From a virus: a stretch of DNA of 64,000 nucleotides. The stretch lies in IMG/VR virus record IMGVR_UViG_3300021440_000018, positions 15,165-79,164 of that record; one strand, written 5' to 3'. The notes beneath the pieces are model-generated. The model had not been told where the DNA came from, did not search any database, and saw nothing but the letters and a program-made list of their open reading frames with translations. Positions 1-9,617 of this stretch are shown one piece after another (position 1 is the first letter of the stretch; each line of letters opens with the position of its first letter). The position numbers were made by a program, and so were the translations under genes.

Positions 1-684
1 TCCTTTGGTTGAGTTTGATAGCCCGTTCAACACGTACCCAGCACCGTGTCGTGCACCTAGCATGGATATTTGCGTGTGCGTGCTCCCTATATCGAAACTA
101 GAGCTTGCTGATTGTTTAGTTCCCCCGTTATCGTAGATAGCTCTAGAGGTTAATCCACCGTGAATGACGACCGTGTGCCGCCAAACGCTGCCGAGATACG
201 TTCCACCTGAACCAAGAGTACTTGATGTCCCAGACGAGGTGTAGAAACTTGCCCTCGGGATTCCAAAAAGAATCCCCGCAACCGCCCCAAAGGCCCCACT
301 CGATGGACCGCCTGAACCTAAGCCGGTAGACCCCTGATTCGAGGCGACGTTCCACCACCAGGATAGCGTCAGTATTGACGAGTGTCCGCCCGTCTCATAG
401 TACGGGAATTTTGTGGACCCGCCTGTCGCCCCGGTCGATATATTCGCACTGCGCGAAAAGTGCGGTTGCAAAAAAGTCGCGCTGTTCGTATGAGGCCCGA
501 TGACCTTCTTGTAATGAACTTCGCCGACATTGGACATATGCACGGGTCTGCCGCGCAAAAATGCTATCGCGCCCGTGTACGCGAACAGAAGATCCTTAGC
601 AAGCCAGTGCCGAGGGTTTATGCGCCACCGCGTATCTAGCGGCTGCTGCCGGTTGATCCGACCCGCCGCATCGATCATTTGATT

Positions 685-1107
685 TCAGGCCGGGCGGCGC
701 GTCACCACGCGGGCACGAACGGTGATACTGTTGCTCGCCGCGTTGCTCTTAGCGATGATCTTGAACCCAAGCGCGACGGTTTCAATCGGCACAGTAAACA
801 TCGCCGGGTCTTCCCCTGGCGTATCGGTCGAGTAGGTATTTAGCTTGGTCAGCGGCAGCGCATGCTCGGTCGTGTCGTAATCATTGCCGGAGTCCCCGAG
901 AATGTCACCCGTCGTAAACGCGATAGAAAAGTCTATCGTATCCCCGCTCGCAGGAGTCCCACTGTTGTCTGCGTAAAGCTGCACGACAGCATTCCAATCC
1001 TCAACATGGAATAGGAACTCGTCACTGATCTCAGTCGTCCCAGCAGCAACGCTCTTGCTGCTGGCCGACGACCAAGTGATCTGCGCCTCATTACGCGAAC
1101 TGGCCAT
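685..1107 (-). CDS. Putative virion structural protein (140 aa)
   Basis: S/T/A/G-rich, beta-strand-like ORF co-oriented downstream of the portal gene. Confidence 0.55.
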   Translation of the reverse strand: MASSRNEAQITWSSASSKSVAAGTTEISDEFLFHVEDWNAVVQLYADNSGTPASGDTIDFSIAFTTGDILGDSGNDYDTTEHALPLTKLNTYSTDTPGEDPAMFTVPIETVALGFKIIAKSNAASNSITVRARVVTRRPA

Positions 1108-1113
1108 GACGGA

Positions 1114-1410
1114 TCAGTATTCGGCGCAATTGGCACGCGTGCAGACAAGCTGGCAGAAACGTGCGTCCGCTACGTTGATCCGACCGTCTTCGTTCGCGTC
1201 CCTGGGGTCGCCCGGCGCGGCCGGTGTGTTCAGCGCGGCGCGAATAAGCAGAAGGTCGGCCTTATCGATATCGCCGTCGAGGTCGATATCACACACGCGC
1301 GGCGTGTACTGCTGCGCTGCCACAGGGGTAGCAATCATCGACGCCGGAAGAGCCGCAACTAAGGCGGCTACCGAGAAGACAATAGCGGCTGCGATCACAG
1401 GTAGCTTCAT
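1114..1410 (-). CDS. Secreted stand-alone dockerin/EF-hand-like Ca-binding protein (98 aa)
   Basis: N-terminal signal peptide (MKLPVIAAAIVFSVAALVAA); two Ca-loop motifs DIDLDGDIDKAD and DANEDGRINVAD; four Cys; AGGAG RBS. Confidence 0.7.
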   Translation of the reverse strand: MKLPVIAAAIVFSVAALVAALPASMIATPVAAQQYTPRVCDIDLDGDIDKADLLLIRAALNTPAAPGDPRDANEDGRINVADARFCQLVCTRANCAEY

Positions 1411-1419
1411 GACATCTCC

Positions 1420-1995
1420 TTACAGGCTCGTCGAGTAGCTGACGCTGACGGTGTCACCAACGCCCAGGACCTTGTCACCGCCCGAGAACAGGCCGGCGCT
1501 CCACAATTTGCCCGCCGTGCTGGCGATGGTCGATACCGCGCCCGAGAAGGCGATCAGGAAGCAGCCCTTGACCGTGCCGCCCGTGGTGACCACGGTCATG
1601 GCCACGGCCGAACTGAACGCCTTGGCGCCAGCCGACGCCGCCGACCAGGACGGCGTGCCGCGAGCCGAGAACAGCGGGAAGTTGGTAGAGCTACCCGCTT
1701 CCTTCCAGCCGTTCGAGCCGTTGATCTGCGCCGCCGTGTCACCCGCAGCCACTGCCGAGTAGCTGACCGACGAGATCAGGCCCAGGAAAGAGCCACTGGC
1801 GATGCTGCCGCCGTCGAGCATCGCGTTCTTGCCCTCGGTACACACCACGTTGTCGATGTTGTCTTCCCACTTCAGCGAACCGTCAGGGCCGAAGCACTGC
1901 ACGGTATACACGCCGTGGGCTTCAGCCGATTCCGACAGTCCGCCTCCGCGCAGGACCGAAGCGTCAGCGATGGAGAGTGCGTTCGTGGATTCCAT
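1420..1995 (-). CDS. Virion structural/fiber-like protein (191 aa)
   Basis: G/S/A/T-rich; similar style to the fiber-like repeat domain at 51919-52785; follows portal. Confidence 0.6.
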   Translation of the reverse strand: MESTNALSIADASVLRGGGLSESAEAHGVYTVQCFGPDGSLKWEDNIDNVVCTEGKNAMLDGGSIASGSFLGLISSVSYSAVAAGDTAAQINGSNGWKEAGSSTNFPLFSARGTPSWSAASAGAKAFSSAVAMTVVTTGGTVKGCFLIAFSGAVSTIASTAGKLWSAGLFSGGDKVLGVGDTVSVSYSTSL

Positions 1996-2067
1996 GGGTA
2001 ATAGCCCTTTTCTGGAGAAATGACATTCTAGAGGAAGGATAAGACAATCCGGTGCAAAACACCAGAA

Positions 2068-3606
2068 CTACATCTCATTGACCATCGGGAGCACGACTCC
2101 ACGAGGGCCGCTGGGAGACTTTGGCTTGGCCGGCGCGTCCGACTTGATCTTCTGATTCATCGTCGAACCGTCGTTCGAGGCCCCGTTGTAGCCGCTGCCA
2201 GCCGGCTGGGACCCCGTGTTGGGCCGGAACTGCGTCCCGGACAGCGGCTTGTACCCCGGAGGCGGCAAGTGGCCGGTCAGCTTGATGGATGCCTCCTCGT
2301 CGCTGATCAAGCCCAGGCTGAGTTGCTCCAGCACCCTGCTCTGCTTCATCGCGTAGAACGCCTCAAGCTCGTTCTCCGGGCGCAGATCGATCGCGTTGTA
2401 GGTGAACTCCACGTACACGTCGTGGCCCATCAGGCGCACACCCAGCGTCAGCACTTTGCTGAACATCTCATTGAGCTTGCCCCACACGCTGCCCTCCACG
2501 GACTTCATGAACAGAAGAACTTCCGCCGACGCCGTGTTGCTGGTACCCCCAGCGTGGCCCAGGATGGTGGGCAGGACCTTGGCACCCGCGGCGAGCTTGG
2601 CGTCGGCCAGGCCCTGCAGCACGGTGTACTCCTGGCTCAGGCTCGTGTTGCCGTGGTCCTGGATGTTGATCCCGAACAGGTCGAACACGACCAGGGCGTC
2701 CTCGGGCTCCAGACCGTTGATCTGGGCCTGGACCTGGTCGACGACCGAGGTCATGTACTCGTTGATCTTGGCCAGGTCCCCGGAAATGTCCTGGGGAACC
2801 GACTTCAGGAACTTGTCGTGGTCGATCGTCACGACCATGCGCGGGTGGATCGCCTTCTTCACCACCCGACGGATGTCGTTCATGAAGTCGGCCGAGAACA
2901 GCACCGCCTGGATCGCCGGCTCGATCGGAGAGATCGGGTACGGCTCGGTCAAATCCGCGTCGAGCGTGACCATGAAGAAGGTCGGGATGTCCAGGTCGAT
3001 GTACTGGCCCGACACGAACTGCTTGGGCACGATCTTGCGGGCGTCGCTGGACGGGAACAGGCGCACCTGCGTCGTCGAGATGGGCTGGATCTTCTCCGGC
3101 AAGCGCATCCGGTCGAGCACAAGCTCGCCACAGCACGCCCCCTGCGTGATCAGGTCCTGCGCCCACACCTCCGACAGCGAGCGGATCGACAACCCATCGT
3201 CGTAGCCGATGCTGTAGTCGTTGAGCACGTTCATGCGCGTCAGGATCTGCTGCAGCGCCGCGGTTCCCTCCGGGTTGACGGTGCCATCGGGGTTGCGCGC
3301 CACCGCCGTGTACCCGCTGGTGATGCCCGTGCGGATGTAGCTGACGACGGCCGCACTTAGGTCCGGGCTGGCGCGCCGGAAATCCCGGATCGTTTGCCGG
3401 CTGTCCGCGCTCGTACGGTATTCGAGGATGTCCTTGTTGGCCAGCAGCATGTCGCTGCGGATCAGCGGGGACTGCGTGCTGGGCTTGGCCGTCTTCAGGT
3501 ACGACGGCAGGGTCTTCTGGCCCTTCTGGACCTTGGGGTCAGGCTGCGTGGGAAGATCCACCCCCGCCTGGCGACCCGTGAAGAATGACTTGAACCGCTC
3601 GAACAT
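2068..3606 (-). CDS. Portal protein (512 aa)
   Basis: Size and position directly downstream of TerL; low-complexity C-terminal tail. Confidence 0.75.
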   Translation of the reverse strand: MFERFKSFFTGRQAGVDLPTQPDPKVQKGQKTLPSYLKTAKPSTQSPLIRSDMLLANKDILEYRTSADSRQTIRDFRRASPDLSAAVVSYIRTGITSGYTAVARNPDGTVNPEGTAALQQILTRMNVLNDYSIGYDDGLSIRSLSEVWAQDLITQGACCGELVLDRMRLPEKIQPISTTQVRLFPSSDARKIVPKQFVSGQYIDLDIPTFFMVTLDADLTEPYPISPIEPAIQAVLFSADFMNDIRRVVKKAIHPRMVVTIDHDKFLKSVPQDISGDLAKINEYMTSVVDQVQAQINGLEPEDALVVFDLFGINIQDHGNTSLSQEYTVLQGLADAKLAAGAKVLPTILGHAGGTSNTASAEVLLFMKSVEGSVWGKLNEMFSKVLTLGVRLMGHDVYVEFTYNAIDLRPENELEAFYAMKQSRVLEQLSLGLISDEEASIKLTGHLPPPGYKPLSGTQFRPNTGSQPAGSGYNGASNDGSTMNQKIKSDAPAKPKSPSGPRGVVLPMVNEM

Positions 3607-3790
3607 CTAGACCCCCGGGGTGTGTGCCCGCCCTACCGATATGACAAGGGCCAGGCCCTTTCGAGCCCGGCCCTGCCACTTGACCCGAGGAGAACGATGA
3701 GCACGACATGCTTCACGTGAAACACTCGGCCGCCAGGGGCGTAGTCTGGACCCGATACCGTATCTTCCCAGATTGCTGCCGATTCTACAA

Positions 3791-5476
3791 CTATGTCACT
3801 TTGTCCTTCAAGCGGAACTTCATGGGCATGCACACCGGAAGCTGGATCAAGCTGCGCCCCACCCCCTTGATGCGCGCTGCCACCCAGGCGTAGAGATGGG
3901 CGTGGTGGTAGTGATCCTCCCCGTCCGTCTTCTGCCACGAATACTCCATCTCCTTGGAGTCGGCCTGGTACGTCTTCACCCGCTTCATGCTCATATGGTG
4001 CGAGATCACCAGGTCGTCCTCGTCGGAGGCGATCTGGCGCATGTGCCCCTCGCGGATGTAGTTCATGTAAGCGTCCAGGGCCCTGTTGCGGTTGATATTC
4101 ACCTGCCGCACGAACTCCTGCCCCTTGTCCGCGACCTCTTCCTTGTCGATGACCGTGTGCGTCAGGATCGACCTCGTCCTCGTGTACACCGCGGCGTAGC
4201 AGTTGGGGTCCGCGTCCTGGATCGCCATCACCGTCTCGGCGTGGGGGGCTGAATCGATCACCGTGCACAACACCCGGTACTGCGCGCGGAGTTCAAAGTA
4301 GCGGGCCTTGGCGTTGCCCATTGGAACCTGCTCCTTGTGCACGACAAGGGCGTCCCCCCAGGCGTCGACCGCCCAGATGTTGAAGTGGTAGACGCTGCCC
4401 ACGTCCACGCCCATGACGTAGGCGCAGCCCCCGGGCCTCTCCTCTTGCACGAACATGCCCTCGAAGTCGGCGCGGGTCAGCGTCGCCTCGCTATCCTCAG
4501 CCGGCAACCCCAGGTTGAAGTTGTCGAAGTCCTGCCTGCGGTTGTACTTCGTGCTGGCAAGCACCAGGTCGCTGACCGTAATGACCCGTGGCGCGTCGAA
4601 CGGCGTGATCTGGATGCCGGCGCCCGTATAGTGCTCGTCGGGGTTCTCACAGACCCATTGGCGGTGCTCCGGCAGCAGCGAAGGCACGTCCCCGCACTTC
4701 GGGCACACCACCCTCGCCTCCTGCCACCGGATCCGCGTCAGCGCGTGCTTGTTGATGTCCTTCAGGTTGCCCAGGAAACCCGGAATCTCGACGTGCTTGT
4801 AGTAGTCGGGGGTGAACCAGTGGCCGCAGTGGTGGCACCTGCACAGGTTCCAGTACCTCTTGCTCTCCTCGAACGACTTCGAGATTCCGAACCCGGGCAA
4901 GGTCGGGGTGCTCAACCTCGTGATCCGCTTCCACGGAGAGTGCGTCAAGCGGGAGAAATACTGCCCGAGCACCTCCTGGTCGCTGAAATCGACCTCGTCG
5001 TGGACCAAATGGTCGCACGGGATCGAGATCGGGGCGTTCGAGCTGGCCGCGCCCCGGATGTACAGGAAGCTGTCGCCGAACTGCTTGACCTCGTTGTTGT
5101 CGTTGGTGCGGTGGATCGCCTCGCGCATCACCTTCGAGCCCTGAATGACCGGGTCGATGCGCGTCTTCGTGAACGTGCCCGCGAACGCGGCCGTGGGCAG
5201 CGTGTAGGCCACCGTATAGGGGCGCAGGACGTTGACCAGGGCAAGGGCCATGCGCGTGCTGGCCTCCGACAAGCCTACCTGCGAGCATTTGCGCACATCC
5301 ACCTGCTGCGCCGTCTCGCTCAGCACCCGTTCCTGGAACTCGTGGGCGTCGTACGAGTACGGTTGGCCCGCGTAGGTGGTGTTTTCGGTCACCCACTTCG
5401 CAATCGAGGCAGCAGTGTGCTTTTTGAGGACCGCTGTACGCAGCCTCAAGAGGTGTTCACGGTAGATGGAGTCCAA
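3791..5476 (-). CDS. terL: Terminase large subunit, lambda GpA-like (561 aa)
   Basis: KCSQVGLSE Walker A variant, LVHDEVD Walker B, STPT coupling motif, CxxC Zn motifs, GVDVG nuclease motif, C-terminal DHYHH. Confidence 0.92.
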   Translation of the reverse strand: MDSIYREHLLRLRTAVLKKHTAASIAKWVTENTTYAGQPYSYDAHEFQERVLSETAQQVDVRKCSQVGLSEASTRMALALVNVLRPYTVAYTLPTAAFAGTFTKTRIDPVIQGSKVMREAIHRTNDNNEVKQFGDSFLYIRGAASSNAPISIPCDHLVHDEVDFSDQEVLGQYFSRLTHSPWKRITRLSTPTLPGFGISKSFEESKRYWNLCRCHHCGHWFTPDYYKHVEIPGFLGNLKDINKHALTRIRWQEARVVCPKCGDVPSLLPEHRQWVCENPDEHYTGAGIQITPFDAPRVITVSDLVLASTKYNRRQDFDNFNLGLPAEDSEATLTRADFEGMFVQEERPGGCAYVMGVDVGSVYHFNIWAVDAWGDALVVHKEQVPMGNAKARYFELRAQYRVLCTVIDSAPHAETVMAIQDADPNCYAAVYTRTRSILTHTVIDKEEVADKGQEFVRQVNINRNRALDAYMNYIREGHMRQIASDEDDLVISHHMSMKRVKTYQADSKEMEYSWQKTDGEDHYHHAHLYAWVAARIKGVGRSLIQLPVCMPMKFRLKDKVT

Positions 5477-5717
5477 AATTTACCCTGTCCAGCGGCCTCA
5501 CTTTGATCACTTTTCCCTCTCGAAAGTGAGCCCAGATGGCCAATTCGTCCTCCTGGGCCCCTGGCATGCCGATGACCAGGTACACAGGGCCGTCTTTTCG
5601 CGCCCGCAAAGCCATCGCCGAGCCCAGATATGACCATTCATTAGGCTTCAGCGCGTTCACCTCGGCGAAAGCTCGCGCCCTCGCCCTGGTCGTCGCCGAA
5701 ATCTGCACCTTATCCAT
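5457..5717 (-). CDS. Hypothetical protein (86 aa)
   Basis: Overlaps both flanking genes within the packaging operon. Confidence 0.55.
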   Translation of the reverse strand: MDKVQISATTRARARAFAEVNALKPNEWSYLGSAMALRARKDGPVYLVIGMPGAQEDELAIWAHFREGKVIKVRPLDRVNFGLHLP

Positions 5718-6132
5718 CGCCGTTACCCAGCAGTTTTTCGTATTCTGTCAAAAAGGCGGCTGCACTTTCCTCCGGGAGCTTCGACAGCACCCGAATCAGC
5801 AGGTTTTCCACGTTCTTGAACCTCTCGGCCGTGTAGACGCCCATCTGCATCTCCGCGAGCTTGTTCAAGCTGCTCGCTACTGCGTTCGCCACCTGCGCGC
5901 GCTGGTTCACGGGCACATCGCCGTCGTCGATCACGTCTTTTTGCAGCGTCCTGATGGTGTGGAACTGCAGAAGTAGCTCCTCCTCCAGGTTGATCTTGGA
6001 CAACTCCAGCGCCGGCAACTGCTGCGTGATCTCGTCGCGGTACTTGATCAGCAGATCCGTCGGCAGCGAGGACCAATTGAAGGGGGCCGCGGCCCCCTTA
6101 CCGATTTTTTGGACCTGTTTCTCGTCGAACAT
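5710..6132 (-). CDS. Possible terminase small subunit (140 aa)
   Basis: Helical ORF two genes upstream of TerL; start reassigned to MFDEKQ; function by position only. Confidence 0.45.
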   Translation of the reverse strand: MFDEKQVQKIGKGAAAPFNWSSLPTDLLIKYRDEITQQLPALELSKINLEEELLLQFHTIRTLQKDVIDDGDVPVNQRAQVANAVASSLNKLAEMQMGVYTAERFKNVENLLIRVLSKLPEESAAAFLTEYEKLLGNGDG

Positions 6133-6754
6133 AGACTCTGCCTCTGTATTTGGGTTTGGCCAGGACGCGGGCGACGGCCTCGGCGTGGGCGGTCCTTTCG
6201 CCGCGGGCGATGGACTCCAAAGCTCGTAGCTTATCAAGCTCCAGCCGCTCTGCCTCGGCGATCTCGTTGGCCATCCGGGTCCGATTGCGCTGGCTGACCT
6301 TTTTCAGGTCCTTCCACGGCATGTTGAAGTGCTTTTCAAGCAGCTTGGTGATCCAGCGACGGACCTGGCGTGGGTGCAGTCCTGTGCCGGCGGCGGCGTC
6401 TTCGAGGGTGACGCGGCCCTCGATGTAGCCGAGGGCCCAGGCTTTGTGCATCTCCCACTTGATGGCAGTTTCCTGGCGCTTGACGATGTACGTCTTGACG
6501 GGTCTCTGCGCGTGCCATGACTCCTGCAACCTATTCAGCGCTCTCGGACTGATTCCTAGCCTCGCTGAGGCATCACTTCTTGTGATTTGGTCAGTCTTCA
6601 GTAGGTCCAGTACCTCGAAGAGGAGTTCCAGTCGGCGGCCCCATACAGTGATCCGGTGCCGCATGGACTCTGGTGTGAGCCCGATGATTTCTGCTGCTTG
6701 CTCTACCGATAGTGTGTTGTCTCTTAGGCCGATGAAGATGTCTGTAAAGGTCAT
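6098..6754 (-). CDS. Multi-HTH DNA-binding protein (218 aa)
   Basis: Three HTH-like segments: SVEQAAEIIGLT, TRSDASARLGIS, TLEDAAAGTGLH. Confidence 0.65.
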   Translation of the reverse strand: MTFTDIFIGLRDNTLSVEQAAEIIGLTPESMRHRITVWGRRLELLFEVLDLLKTDQITRSDASARLGISPRALNRLQESWHAQRPVKTYIVKRQETAIKWEMHKAWALGYIEGRVTLEDAAAGTGLHPRQVRRWITKLLEKHFNMPWKDLKKVSQRNRTRMANEIAEAERLELDKLRALESIARGERTAHAEAVARVLAKPKYRGRVYVRRETGPKNR

Positions 6755-6785
6755 GTGTGCCTTAGTGTGAGTGGTGTGTGGTGTG

Positions 6786-7109
6786 TCAGTATTTCTTCAA
6801 GTAAGCCTCCAGTGCTCTGCTTAGGACAATGTCCATGGGGATCTTGTTGTGTTCAGCGAGTTCTCTAAGAGCTTTCAGGGTCTCGGGGTCACCTTTGATG
6901 GTGATCCGAGTCTCTTCCTCTTTTTTAGGGTTGGCAATTGTGTTGCTATGTGCCCGTAAGGCCATCCCTAGAACGTCGGGGCGCTGCCTGGCCATCAGGA
7001 TGGCGATCTTAGCGAGCTTGGCCTTGGGGACGGGCCCTTCGAGGCTGTCGCTGAGGCTTTTCGGTACCCGAAGGGAGAGTCGTGTGTCCATGGTGAGTGC
7101 ATTATGCAT
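6786..7109 (-). CDS. Putative tandem ribbon-helix-helix regulator
   Basis: RLSLRVPKSL and RITIKGDPETLKALRELAE...SRALEAYL RHH-like patterns. Confidence 0.55.
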   Translation of the reverse strand: MHNALTMDTRLSLRVPKSLSDSLEGPVPKAKLAKIAILMARQRPDVLGMALRAHSNTIANPKKEEETRITIKGDPETLKALRELAEHNKIPMDIVLSRALEAYLKKY

Positions 7110-7300
7110 TCAAAAGTTGGGGGATGTGAAATTTTTTTCTTGTGGGGGTGGTTGCCCCCGCCGCCGCCCAGGCCGACGGAAACCTACCCCGTCAACGATC
7201 GATGTGCATAGCCCCCCATTGCCGACGATGCCCCCTCCCCCCGCAACGCGAGTGGCGCGAGTGGCGCGCGTGGCGCGCATGCGCTGGCATCAGCGGCGCG

Positions 7301-7357
7301 CCCTCGCCCTCGCCCTCGCCCTCGCCCTCGCCCTCGCCCTCGCCCTCGCCCTCGCCC
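7301..7357. repeat. (CCCTCG)9 microsatellite
   Basis: Directly visible; 10 CCC tracts. Confidence 0.95.
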
Positions 7358-7416
7358 ATGCGCGCGGGAGTGCGTGCGATGACATCAGCGGCGCCCCCTA
7401 GCAGTAGCGGCGGCAT

Positions 7417-7530
7417 GGGCGAGGGCATGGGCATGGGCGAGGGCAGGGGCGAGGGCAGGGGCGAGGGCATGGGCGAGGGCATGGGCGAGGGCATGGGCGA
7501 GGGCATGGGCGAGGGCATGGGCGAGGGCAT
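7417..7530. repeat. 19 GGGCAT/GGGCGA/GGGCAG hexamers
   Basis: Directly visible; complementary in sense to the 7301-7357 tract. Confidence 0.95.
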
Positions 7531-7738
7531 CGTCGGCGCCACTAGTGGGGCACTGCGGCGCCGACAATGCCCACAATGTGCTAGGGGTCTTTGTTGCGGC
7601 GCCGCAACGCGGGCGGTTAGCGCCTAGGGAAAACCCCTATGTAATGAGTGCCATGTATAGTCGATACTGCATGCAGGTGGCGCCGAGTGGTACCACTGCT
7701 AACCGCGCCGACAACGGCGCATCATTGGAGTACCTGAA

Positions 7739-8383
7739 ATGTCGAACCGTACAACAGTCAACGCACTGGCCGACGCACTGCAAGGGCTAGCGGGGAACAT
7801 TGAATGCCACGTTTCCACAGTGGCCCATGAAATGCACTGCGCTATCGCTCTCATCGTGCGGCATGGCACAAATAACCCCCTCGTTTTGGCAGCATCCCGC
7901 ATTGGTGAACTGCGCAAGGGCAGAAGGGGGGATGCAGTGCGCGCGGCATTCTCGGCCGCACTCGGCGCGGTCCCCATGCTGCACTACGCGGGCGGCATCG
8001 TGACGGATACGCGCGAAAAGGGGCAACGCCGAGGAACCGACGCGCAGGCGGCCGAGGCGGCCGAGGCGGCCGAGGCGGCATTTGTGCTTGCCTTCGCAGA
8101 ATCCTACAGCGCGCCGCGCGACGTGCGCGCCAAGGGCGACCCGGTGGCGCGCGCCTTCGATGTGATCGCGGCATTGTCGGATGATGAGTTGCGCGCTGCA
8201 CTGGTGGCGCGCATCGATGCCGCCGACCGGATCGCGCGGGAATGCGGGAAAGCCCGTGCAGAGCTCGCAGCGCGCAAGGTTGCCAGCACTGCGCCGCGCC
8301 GCATCGTGCGCGCCACGCCGGCCGCCACGCCGGCCGCCACGCCGGCCGCGATCGAACCCGCGCCGATCGCGCTCGCAGCGTAA
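7739..8383 (+). CDS. Ala-rich hypothetical protein (214 aa), first rightward gene
   Basis: GGAG RBS upstream of ATG; hairpins follow the stop codon. Confidence 0.6.
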   Translation: MSNRTTVNALADALQGLAGNIECHVSTVAHEMHCAIALIVRHGTNNPLVLAASRIGELRKGRRGDAVRAAFSAALGAVPMLHYAGGIVTDTREKGQRRGTDAQAAEAAEAAEAAFVLAFAESYSAPRDVRAKGDPVARAFDVIAALSDDELRAALVARIDAADRIARECGKARAELAARKVASTAPRRIVRATPAATPAATPAAIEPAPIALAA

Positions 8384-8391
8384 CGCGAGGG

Positions 8392-8475
8392 GGGCACGCC
8401 GGCCGCATGGTCGGCGTGCCCTAGGGCATGCGCTACCGCATGCCCTAGGGCTGCGGCATGGTCCAGCCATGCCGC
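8392..8475. repeat. Three abutting hairpins (13-, 14- and 9-bp stems)
   Basis: Arms at 8392-8404/8409-8421 (one G-T pair), 8419-8432/8437-8450 and 8453-8461/8467-8475. Confidence 0.9.
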
Positions 8476-9266
8476 CCCCTTGCGGGCTATCGCACGCCAT
8501 ACCGCGCGCCGTAGCATCCGCCAAAGGTCGATCTTTCAAAACCTAGGGGTTTCCCGTTGCCACGTGGCGCCACCATGCGCGCCGCACGGGATACCCGCGT
8601 GCACGTCTAACGGGCTTTCGGCGCCAGCATCCGCGCCAGCCTACCGCATTGCATCCCGCTACCATCCGCGCCACCCGGCCGGGTAATGGTAGCGCTCGCA
8701 TGTGGTTTGCAGAGTAATCGATTCGTGCATGTGCCCCCCTAGGTCATCCAATGGTTTGCCGACGTAGTGATAGCGCTACCATCGGCAACGATTCGACCGG
8801 ATGGCATTAACGGTTGCCATTCGTCAAACCCTACCCTTTCCCCTCTCAGTGGTCCCGGATGCCATAGGCTACCGCGGCCCTTGCCCATGTCGTTGATCCG
8901 ACCTTTGTACCAGGCCGGAGCGCTGGAAGTTATGACCCCAGTAGCAGGCACAGAAAAACCGAGCCCCGCATGGACCCCGCGAATTCCCCCCGTATCGTTA
9001 CCCGGATGCCCCGCTGAGGTTCGGGGAAGTAGCCGGCGCGACCCGGTCGAATCGTCAGAATCCCCCCGCCCAGGCCCACGCTAAAGCCCACACTCGTGGC
9101 CAAGCCCACAAACCCCATTCGGGCTCGACCTGGCGGGCGGTCAGCGCACGGTGAAACATGGATACGCCTACCCGCTGCTCGAAAACGTGCACCAGCCCCC
9201 TGCATGGGGGCTACCTCAAGCCCGCCGAATCGGCCACTTGGCCGGATTAACACGGTCTTGAGGTAG

Positions 9267-9346
9267 GGCCCACACTGTCACCTTTTGGCCCACACTGTCA
9301 CCTTTTGGCCCACACTGTCACCCTTTGGGACACAGTGTCACCCTAC
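9267..9346. repeat. Four tandem 20-bp iteron-like repeats GGCCCACACTGTCACCTTTT
   Basis: Units start at 9267, 9287, 9307 and 9327 (last one diverged). Confidence 0.95.
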
Positions 9347-9390
9347 TTTCGGCCATTTTCTGTCCGAAAATGTCAGCTTTGCAAGTGCTC

Positions 9391-9578
9391 CGACGAACAA
9401 TCAAGCACTTAGCACATCCTCTCGAACTTCCTTACAAAAAACCCAAAAGGGTCGTACGAGAAGCACTTTTACGAAAAAAATTTCATGAAGTGAAAACGAA
9501 ATTCCCGTTAGGTACCCCCCTTTCGGACTTTTCGCTAACTTTTTCGAGAGGATGTCCTAAGTGCTTGATTCTTCGTCG
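9391..9578. repeat. 36-bp inverted repeat (2 mismatches); each arm contains an IHF-consensus site; AT-rich spacer
   Basis: Arms 9391-9426 and 9543-9578; AATCAAGCACTTA matches WATCAANNNNTTR. Confidence 0.9.
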
Positions 9579-9617
9579 CCAACCCCCCAACTGCCCAAAA
9601 ATTAAGCAGTTTTCAGG

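Noticed and set aside
143-639. ORFs 143-358 (-) and 382-639 (+)
   Set aside because: Atypical codon use, no RBS or motif; an AAAGGA at positions 1-6 (-) suggests the next real gene starts outside the window
7142-7627. ORFs with PSPS, GEGM or ALAH repeats
   Set aside because: Translations of microsatellites that are open in several frames, with no RBS
9267-9346. CRISPR array
   Set aside because: Repeats are contiguous with no unique spacers, and there are no cas genes
9391-9578. Protelomerase site or IS/MITE ends
   Set aside because: Arms are separated by 116 bp rather than forming a continuous palindrome; no protelomerase, transposase or target duplication seen
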